From assembly GCA_905203455.1 (NCBI GenBank), contig CAJKVX010000001.1, positions 1-43,026 of the forward strand: a DNA stretch of 43,026 bases, written 5' to 3'. Below the pieces are notes generated by a model. It did not search any database. It was not told where the DNA came from and saw only the letters and a list, made by a program, of their open reading frames with translations. Positions 40,801-43,026 of the stretch are shown piece after piece. Origin of the DNA: an uncultured Eubacteriales bacterium (GTDB taxonomy: Bacteria > Bacillota > Clostridia > Christensenellales > UBA1242). Each line of letters opens with the position of its first letter. Position 1 is the stretch's first letter. The translations under genes and the position numbers were made by a program.

Positions 40801-43010
40801 TTTAAGGTGCAAGTGCAATTGCTTTCTGTGTGGGCAGGGTTGGTGCATAATTTGTAATTAATTTGGGTTGAAATTTGTGGTGTTTCAACATTATAACTAA
40901 CAAGCATATGATTGCTTGGAACAATTATTGAAAGAATAATGTTGGTTGTTACATACCCATGAATATCTTCCTTGGTTGTTACAGATTTTATAATTTCATA
41001 GGCAACATCACTGCTAACACTTCCAACTTGGTTATCATCATCAACTTGGCTAATTGTCACTTCAATGTTTGAAGACTCTGCATATTCAGTGCCAATAACG
41101 CCACAAAGAGTTTTGTCCCATTGCCCAACAAACAAACTTCTTGTTATTGTTTCTGCCAAAAGCACAGAACTCATTGTTCCGTTATGGAAGGTGTAACTGG
41201 TTGAAACGCCACTTGTTTCATCATTATTTGTTGAAACTTTATCAAAAATCAAACACATGTTGTGTTCAAGCCCAGTAACTGTGAAGGTTGAGCCATCAAT
41301 GTTAATTGAAATTTCAATTGTTCTTCCATCATCAGTGGTGAAGTTAAAAGTTGTTGATGTTTGAGTTTTTCTAATAGCATCAAAACTTTTTAGTTTGAAA
41401 ACATCGCTTGACGCAAAAATATAACCATTCGCATCAAAATCAACTTCATAAATAGAAATGGTGTATCCTGTTAAATAATGATTGCTGTTTCCATTAAAAA
41501 ATTCGTCACCAGCAAAAACGGTTCCACTTTGAGTGAAATTTTTAACCTTGCTGTAATTAGCATAGAATGTGTAGCCTGAAATATGGCTTGTTGCAACAAC
41601 ATTTATGGTTGAAGAAAGGTTTGATGGGGTGGTGTAATCAGTTGTTTTATCAATGTTAAGCAGGTCAAAGAAAAGATTATCTTTGTTATCAAGATTTAAT
41701 TTTTGACCATAAGCCACAAAGCCAAATTGCGGTGTGGTATCATCAGAGTAATAGTGGTTAACAATAAAAGTTAAACTGTTTGCTGATTGCGTTAATGCTG
41801 GATTTTGGTCTGACGCAAAATTAAAGAAGTTTGAAAGTTGACAAGGAAGAGTTCCGTTTAAAACAGAGTTTGAAGTTGCCTCTGTGTTAGTTGTCCAACT
41901 TGAAAGGGCAAAATCACTGTTTTCAACTTGCTTTCTTGTAACTTTAACAACTCTTCCTTCAGGGAAATAGCCTTCAAGATAGGTGATTTTTGCGTCATTT
42001 TCATTTGCAGTTATTGTGGTTTTAATTCTGTCAAAATAGTAAACATCTCGGTCATATTCAAGGTAGCCTACTTGTGAAATATCATCAGCTGAATTTGGGC
42101 TGTAAACAGAAAATGCCAGCCTTGATGCTTGGTAGGTTATGGTTGAAGAATAAGCACTGTCGCCACGGTTTGAGCCTTCTTTTGCAAGTGCTTTAACCTT
42201 AATTGTTCTGCTTATGCTGCTGCCTTCAAGTTGAGGGTTAAACACCACCATGTATTCAGGGAAAGGAATGCCAGTTTCAGCACTATTTATGTTGCGGTTT
42301 GTTTCAGTTTCAACAATTTTGATGTATTCACTGCTTAAAGGTTGGGTTTCACCAAGATAGGTAAAATAGAAAGCATTAGTGTTTAAAACATACATTTGCC
42401 TAGTTTGGTCAAACATAACAGTTGACTCATTTGGATAAACATTCACTGCAAAAGTTAATGCCTTGCCATCAACAACAACCTCATAGTTAGGGAATTCAAT
42501 GTTTGGTGAAAAGAAACGGTAAAGGGTAATGTTTCCATCTGTCCATGAGTTTGTTGCAGAGTTGTACCTAACGGCAGATAAATCACCTTTGTAAATATAT
42601 TCAGCAAGTTTTGCTTTATCTTCATCAGTTAAATTTCTTTTTGAAAGAATTTCGGTTGGGTCAGTAGTGTAAAAATTAACGCCAAGATATTGCTCATCCG
42701 CTTCTGGCGAATAAACATTTTTTGCATAGTATGAGAAGTTCCAAGAAAAAGAGCCCGAAAGTTCAGGGTCAAAATAATCCTCATCATTCTCATTTTTTTG
42801 AGAGTAGTTATAAACCAGTTGAGGAGTAAGGATTCTTAAATAGCCATTAGCATCAAAGGTTGCGTTTGAAGTGTTTTGTGGAATTTCAGGGTCGCAACCC
42901 ACAAAGCAGAAAAGTGATGCAAAAAGTAGAACAAACAGGCTAAAAATTTTAGCAATAGAAGACTTTTTATTAGTTTTAGATTTAGCGTTAACAATCACAG
43001 AATTTCCCAT
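22809..43010 (-). CDS. giant (6,733 aa) surface lipoprotein containing InlB B-repeat / Listeria-Bacteroides repeats, with C-terminal membrane hairpin
   Basis: Uninterrupted frame of 6,734 codons. AAGGA (complement of 43020-43024) lies 9 nt upstream of the ATG. Lipoprotein-type signal with Cys39. Many GY-x-F-x-GW ... [IL]-x-A-x-[FY] modules. The longest alternative-frame ORF in the track across this span is 146 aa. Confidence 0.93.
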   Translation of the reverse strand: MGNSVIVNAKSKTNKKSSIAKIFSLFVLLFASLFCFVGCDPEIPQNTSNATFDANGYLRILTPQLVYNYSQKNENDEDYFDPELSGSFSWNFSYYAKNVYSPEADEQYLGVNFYTTDPTEILSKRNLTDEDKAKLAEYIYKGDLSAVRYNSATNSWTDGNITLYRFFSPNIEFPNYEVVVDGKALTFAVNVYPNESTVMFDQTRQMYVLNTNAFYFTYLGETQPLSSEYIKIVETETNRNINSAETGIPFPEYMVVFNPQLEGSSISRTIKVKALAKEGSNRGDSAYSSTITYQASRLAFSVYSPNSADDISQVGYLEYDRDVYYFDRIKTTITANENDAKITYLEGYFPEGRVVKVTRKQVENSDFALSSWTTNTEATSNSVLNGTLPCQLSNFFNFASDQNPALTQSANSLTFIVNHYYSDDTTPQFGFVAYGQKLNLDNKDNLFFDLLNIDKTTDYTTPSNLSSTINVVATSHISGYTFYANYSKVKNFTQSGTVFAGDEFFNGNSNHYLTGYTISIYEVDFDANGYIFASSDVFKLKSFDAIRKTQTSTTFNFTTDDGRTIEISINIDGSTFTVTGLEHNMCLIFDKVSTNNDETSGVSTSYTFHNGTMSSVLLAETITRSLFVGQWDKTLCGVIGTEYAESSNIEVTISQVDDDNQVGSVSSDVAYEIIKSVTTKEDIHGYVTTNIILSIIVPSNHMLVSYNVETPQISTQINYKLCTNPAHTESNCTCTLNPANYIYFNATTNTYYKTTQQSLAGTVTADGTGNYLLYNGQLYVYNFRDSTYENGVLTYNSYYYGNYSYNQDGSVATFESIVVSTQGNSTTYRLRQHRVLEDFSATNSNQGLVANPPTIITTLEQATDFLATYLTNYTSGILLNNNSSSLQYSTTVYYFERTLDSLTVTPCYYDYVTNGDISSIATAYKSNLTYTYNDGEGEKTQDVYFYYDIKSRTQSGTTTHYYTSPIGRQLADDSTQWFYNFTNTNYSGIVLGRDILQNQSRYQTFYNLLGQKIVNNYYYYVEPVTPCEVHVRQYNDIAMGQSGGWFYFTEDDPNGTPGSEYNLEYDIQEEVTSVELFKSITIDGINYRITFNPTTFEFVAQRRIDGELTDVTNTLNFSFNFDNGGILYDRNGSIVQFSDSKDEIEPQEGTNFRNSGTYSFIDSGFSFIFTVSYQAVKLDNELTTYVATYDGTNWIIDNQVITDFSQYFIFPSIKIGDENGTDAFVAASLVDNNENAAIISSDSQENTYSYYYIDSSNTRHDLTYEPNEGYVYVIEREAFVHDPTTNQKTQIMVWGKFVPTSDPNEPIIYPSFSCALEYDNAYIFDPINSFYFDIDYSTDSAKKDGFIGSSLLSGPPYPNPVLILSVRHKANEYAQVNIAVDIKSVFFAEVMADKLENSSSNLVLDFSTYSFKDTLDNIDSQDYINNIYYVLDRTTLSHINAFKLNLTSNGDYVVDPDYEDGLTLRVNEIFVADDGIIYWTDAFDANGVYTNPVYVRTTVELNSIAIGGYYYRPLTESECYAWRTSKKYIKDVGYFDIHGYSEDRLTGTIIFNSGELDINDVCSELEGLVLGDVHNIADDYDFDQVIIAGTTSAYRTSVSYINSMIYGTGADYVGYTPQTSIPVIDSYDTNETYFLKGRECLVLIADPMINFTDEVYYRFLEWRVYSRYNSGVLYYDQAVTESLGNERFSATMVFNPENVGHYVILPVYQRVFEVSVATEVENGPQNQGGSIVVYYKDGASVNLDGTTLQEIYTIEYLQTEVGGKLGYYYKNITATPYVYFDEDGNINTSLTQVFYLPQFENTPFGPYWAEFYDEDEGRFRYSGVTIGTSEDAASGNVANKLFALTYENLRYYLIYDDPNLTTDTSSNKEITAGVGFMYSCIFAQPTISGSNQEEVISLFNFEDKLYNVEDPYAIFNIENGIINFEEASPIAELTVSEITIVEILEGIISSEYGDYYHNSTNDLVAGEMAYDEDGKLNTTLSFKNSYIDRESEVMLSAIPDEGYRLLGWYTVDGQSLYDLYGEEQRFYSESDKITPAYFYNGNYYYTRTENEDGTFVYSEPVPEKLLYKVRGYYINTQTEVSPNYVEVFYSPAKDKYFYDSTYTIAVEDKYIYEYDQYGNPTLIVKEMPHIDAITSITDENSGDTFYYLNGLQVYKFGDFYYTSFSTGNIKVEGNNLIISSLHSNIEFVAVFREVYQAMILTDSEEEFGVSIEAVYYYNEQNNNLANRIGADGQIITIDDNTIEYGFDKSAQNVDPNLFKLFDVEDDNNFASTIVSNSLINTVDENGIYNGYVALSKNNYKNNYSEINAWEYFLYANGLNADNGTVGKQAMPSGEGESFALQNLYFDDNTTAIIVVRTLSSSPLELHTLGLPSEYNLQPIIYPSDEYIISNSTKPSLTENTQDVLDVRADYLYYVFEVTFNRDPENEYADLIVHPTREISISLDILTGNYLNTYSNYFDVELTYEGLNSQTAQPVTNSVYFNFADYFTFTKTNNKFNFGFINREAFMTNVMNPLLANIIDFNSETYREIYNNITGYNSFSGYRFVEFLNYINSDVLHNTEQNLNIGNVKLSQEYLNKLYNALNGNTLNETQKANLQENITALELEGLIQVEEDGTFTALAITTLNGGTVNEIYYIDRLFATLQYLLVENKAPDTIDPNSDKDQEYYDTYAYVNKYTHAPVGDGSVNIINLTAIKMYSFSIQSLTIDGYDANGNAIFSEENAHELGNSGTGYFEFYTSVGTNNRTYMGSISPEENFAGIYYNGALTDTPTGIQFTNHYVDTDPDYQKDKNLPSYVYKDFLLAENTLLLIEGLAEQSTNVGYQFMGWYQQKRITSIYNRFFDLEGNKLNVVNENTNYAFGTDNAGNTIVVYAKDSAVGAYHAGDPVPAPSRQDVMTNWLYFIDPETLELYRQDGVLVESTNYQYVEWSSLELVSTTYKYPYVALSNADTVITALFKRVVELEYSFNPIEMSVTSSTSTDSLGNPLTYTVYQNGVIIGENITDKQEAYAVIQDNYVSTNTYEIRVKGNFYIDATPTLTISPSGGYRLDGVYEVLTDELGQQSSTQIDEFDDAGNTVLSFSNTNSLLDTNIAEPSENSVSTYDSVNLAGIVYTTAVINRLFNTENVEQSSKHITFKTQRVTMLYSQIENYYTFDADTGLTTAKNYDFILYYLTGADSTTILTPDQVNDSADGIFFDTRIFKNTLSFGQDTPSADDDFTVSLDITNLLTKNFNRNETLPAYAMNEGFLDEWIFNCFLSGYLSCEYYANNYSVAELTDIILNSTEYQDVLSNFAKTSSNTYIYLEIANNNLIFYAYLDNTFTDENTLNIITSITNNETKDDAIDHWYINAQTPSSISGADTGSDLNENVTFPTTQNITFEKPTNTLDPDVNAQNAQYNDEFKLSKDNLVYHLRAIIEDENKQTISITLQDNVNSAPQSLADLGVSGNTNQDGTISGTDNAFDDLIEFTFTGIKYASQDGDLNIDTSEAADNTNANGTISTKYHTGRYGTNTNFVLTISEQLLVIDNTITYPNGTLTQADVYAFVGWVVNGVIVSTDLSLDTNEGGTIEARFVKIAQVTLVNGDDGTQINMEYLEIESQAYLDNSMQVESQVFGFYPEGDYYYALAGYPVHFKVYPDYGYVLESVSHTNPNFGVDPNAPEFITAPIYYGVDTYPYFEIEFMVDSIVKINIREGFTLTIDQILFNDFYQTTQGSKFTGYTLYNIWKLEDDAWVARDNFQVFAQGSRIRLEFNPNDQPYSIIGWYINNELVSSTDTVEFELTENTVVELRIVKNIYLNIKASTSYYSNSSALNQIQQGITVTFEDGSTFNGTTDITGNQITVKAGEQLEIGFSGENLGRTFLGWYYMIENETQTPKLLSTNYNFIFTINADNPYINNNSVTIVAVFAFTKQITIEKTLEGNEPQGEDVQNIDVIVNYTNGYGNEVSTNLGSSTSITINALLGTDVVVEAIVSEDNQERYFFEGFWQNGNIVTYENIYTLNTNSLNTTQTTLRANFVEGNLVTVTRRLNDDPYTGDTISLNVKYGNTPATLTGKTLTGEDEYVELGFKSDNTNNLVLSYLIDSEDPNYNNYRFIGWFIDGKPLSYYQEINGKDNYIEDRTILTIVNPSQNLPENANLDNDKKNTLIEARFAELASITLSRNIDGNSNDSNLSNFTVTAYYNTLTQNNVSVTNLVLSNTSGNSATGSSMAYKYTSLALTASSYAGYEFIGFRVNCVDANGNTISSEFIRNEDGTINTNDVVYYYLDNSNEAQITSYVIEACYSKQYTINTIGTIMGQSSANVSFGAENPTTISNFFATGENLTQTSTITSSCDGYSFVGYFDAFGNQLGTDQTLTISNADLIRLATGDQIFIEARYTRTVTITVEAYNQAGELLSTQPYTLPYGVDATITAPTGFTAWALPNPDGSNRLVAYYSTDHSLRILPLENKTYYALCGGAVDSFSNYLVPHAVVSTSSNGLIADGSTYTQELETYNFISVTYEPNSSNQQIASLSINIDYALEQGYMFVGWVAGAKYLIGDGYHYLPLSNNLTIDAANYPYNDIFAVFTRVNLIELTLSGDSHVGSYIANLNNATTLSGIRTFSVTTSVDGKTTTIKLLSGTATANISAISGYNLESNANSTAISTQRIVKNITIQFYQNGDEQRVAVLDDDEQKITTTLSNIDPDFINSQGGAITENSLPTTVITVNNSNYGSIVITNQNGDTLYTQNGNNPVYVNELTFDNLFVTSNPNTNENAYLAYYEVIRVMDNGTRTKTFIITLKHFSFKVLDGAITITPVFRKSFDVIINNTVENITDLGNTTVEDVTPEGATTVTKQVNVTANEDYRISGIVIDNYLYRIDYTNTAGQISMPTLPTAPVNFQIESYELSERDAAGRAYVKNLKLNITSEQDVKIAFVYNKVTNINLIDDITDESYLLYADDSIIEYSTTNGYVKTTDYLTPADIKTLYDIESDKTDGAKFLGYYYNNKVIPQSGLDITQNTIYDIVAMFAQLREVEVSFKLLADNRYTQLNTLTNGITLGTYNSVFNTPSSGFRIDVTRLSENTSSSDQTTTTTVLDNILNSVTIEFYNNNNLVVQAFGNSYFTFAGWQDQNGNIISSNATINPNTYADITELKAVFVEETRTMILNPDYEGGEIFVGATEGSIVSLQTVLEDTNNTNKTIALSSGRNLVVGTAIVGGRTVYTLKYSVASSELGDTFYIIDRAFSQTSLQGSGEPYTLTYEGQVYKFKNFTQQNDKIIQGYTYNHGGINPPSATVFLEDFYQSQTLNLNTVKLINIQYTYAINEATDISSLVITVTVNNSSKFEIDAQTNTTVYRDAIINIWVEEGDVVTITASDNNNFNTIGFSLTSPIIKTIDNTDYLNVNIAGKEFPLDSTHVIGDLTIDEWQQFVAQGAYSNLTTLFNRTSSDTETTLDSISNYSFIATDNIYFLADYIPVFTFNTKYINAVLGVTDKTTNLSSSFTNVTNDGHTFAIVPATPDSNVPFYYQTNSSTILGLIDRNNNLISQGIPEQILDALTYFEQTTNTDDEFDNTYYINTTQTNDIFASSESEFGENGLSAIIEQLANVSVSVGYIDALTTSSNDTTTFVLNHYKTLYDEFLDKLFDLKQEGNAIDNSLLSFANDVSVNLSYFANSEDATNNTDRTTLENYVYEDGDVDFTYELTSYIQSYLKAGNVISVQTSVNGQNIGNWFFKGFMIINSASRNSINLFADGEQLAHTSTYSSYKIISREDVDIAYDSTTQTYTYTLPNISLSGDTQIIALYEKVLHQIDIRLKDLSDTVYNSYEQLLAQNSNDTSALEGQSINGIDLDEDQNSSSGKLASTTTAFAYNGEPAIITTQNYPFSNLVGWATNYYRQNNMFVMEGGSTKTIDEVKALFASEDTTFLTFESDEQLILTNPQNARNNLYINNVTSNLVVGAYFAPMSYVISFVIKETDLAAEQSDGITNYSNYVSIKDENGNVSFIETYYDQNADELDVLNNNAGDSMLYEKSKIKVSLIDVAASLDPEPKVTYTIVNGQTVINYVLDEEGNHVYTYYLKYKGINNNYVLDANNKNQRIEIVFNQVPTGVYDENGVEITEPAQVNTSNFFKQTNITLYNYSDPSNISTYFERDTTNTGAAATYIKPGLISVSFNNKRQVDLSSYNIVATPIDAEGNVIELDESGNPVNGEVIANYKVNFVVTAKANVGFPSVKIMPNSPTDDQTVIPFSFDDSEYLEKMQEFTKTNELSDISYFDQNSNSDLRLISGFYNRMFENTELFTDPDFQLSNCNFTLYLMYGKKSTPLVAKITDGQTEVELTSRPSEKTAESDLDFVIKNIVSYKYYIVENGAFIANKLLELNQSLSASGNNPYSTIISSFLLLLNNFCKIEGFTYNENAKLLDYFDDEIFNKNNTGLLATDIETIFNQLKSRGLIDPSFDPYNTFKITEINVFEWYTGRTVSKTLAELIDKGYINAYGNSNVDVITDTELLDLFRNPRNETETIKPDETSGAIYTAKSSDEFNPFYVKSGDSVVTFTELALKYVDQWISEDGKTGEKAHLAYSHATLTYQSAERFGRLFFNYDNNINNTIQMLDNSETPDTWQKIRNLFSALAGAMRYHEGTYVNQLVSSVYPNAAEIDESSEIINILTIDDSEKMNVFSLPFWIGTAPTNNQTAGIVVGIVVAGVALILAVHILPIGAIASAISSVLRVALFLVPGGSTAATLAGGAAVVIGLAAGTLYVAQVVSQYVENIDWSHLPPL
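22812..23069 (-). other. C-terminal Gly/Ala-rich transmembrane segments of the giant protein (aa 6648-6733)
   Basis: AGIVVGIVVAGVALILAVHILPIGAIASAI, SSVLRVALFLVPGG, STAATLAGGAAVVIGLAAGTLYVAQVV. These are two to three hydrophobic small-xxx-small helices. The DNA here is locally GC-richer because of Gly/Ala codons. Confidence 0.65.
27636..32573 (-). repeat. densest block of divergent protein-level InlB-B/Flg_new-like repeat modules within the giant CDS (approx aa 3480-5125)
   Basis: G-W codon pairs, frame-checked: 32394-32399, 31749-31754, 31449-31454, 30756-30761, 29466-29471 and 27741-27746. G-F/G-Y variants have their G codon at 31092-31094, 30357-30359, 30030-30032 and 28119-28121. Each sits in a Y/F-x-F/L/I-x-G-W/F/Y context. 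Each is followed 25-45 aa later by I/L-x-A-x-F/Y (IEARF, VAVFA, LRANF, IEARFA, IEACY, IEARY, FAVFT, KAVFV). Block boundaries are approximate. The repeats are divergent at the DNA level. Confidence 0.6.
42894..43010 (-). other. lipoprotein signal peptide of the giant protein (aa 1-39)
   Basis: MGNSVIVNAKSKTNKKSSIAK (basic n-region), IFSLFVLLFASLFCFVG (h-region), then C39 in an F-V-G-C lipobox-like context followed by DPE. Confidence 0.6.
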
Positions 43011-43026
43011 TTTGTTGTGTCCTTTG

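Noticed and set aside
42159-42167. RGD tripeptide (aa 282-284) in the giant protein
   Set aside because: A single RGD is expected by chance in a protein this long, and nothing in its context suggests an integrin-binding loop.
22809-43010. Possibility that the giant ORF is an assembly artefact of collapsed or expanded repeats
   Set aside because: The repeat modules are highly divergent at nucleotide level, and I noticed no long near-identical DNA stretches, so misassembly is unlikely. It still deserves read-level confirmation.
1-43026. Scan for CRISPR arrays, IS/transposase/integrase genes, tRNA/rRNA, prophage or toxin-antitoxin/defence modules
   Set aside because: I saw no regularly spaced direct repeats, no terminal inverted repeats flanking an ORF, no recombinase or nuclease motifs and no cloverleaf-like GC-rich segments. 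The WYL regulator stands alone, with no adjacent defence genes.

Overview
AT-rich (by eye about one-third G+C), standard-code bacterial chromosome segment that uses Shine-Dalgarno sites and has a Firmicutes/Clostridia-like gene set. Positions 1-20,700 hold densely packed, mostly plus-strand housekeeping genes. They are: a 3'-truncated minus-strand membrane protein that the ORF track missed; a seven-gene run (deoC-like, tsaE, tsaB, rimI, alpha/beta hydrolase, murF-like, ddl); a convergent WYL-domain regulator; a disordered protein followed by an internally duplicated DUF1538-like membrane protein and two P-II-like proteins; murG (minus strand); a GyrB/GyrA-type topoisomerase II pair; a small coiled-coil protein; a single-pass membrane protein with a long acidic disordered N-terminus; a NodB-type polysaccharide deacetylase; and a tandem-OB SSB-like protein. 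Positions 20,937-43,010, over half the window, form one minus-strand two-gene unit. The first gene is a 20,202-nt ORF for a 6,733-aa envelope protein. It has an N-terminal lipoprotein signal, many divergent Listeria/Bacteroides (InlB-B type) repeats with the GY-x-F-x-GW signature, a non-repetitive C-terminal region and a Gly/Ala-rich C-terminal membrane hairpin. Twelve nt downstream lies a 619-aa secreted, C-terminally anchored protein with three SH3b-like modules. I saw no rRNA, tRNA, CRISPR array, transposase/integrase or recognisable defence genes. The giant gene pair is the most unusual content. Smaller oddities are a DeoC homologue lacking the Schiff-base lysine, a MurF whose N-terminal domain is replaced by five TM helices, and a GyrA-type subunit without a GyrA box. 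All family calls come from motif recognition by eye; no searches were run.
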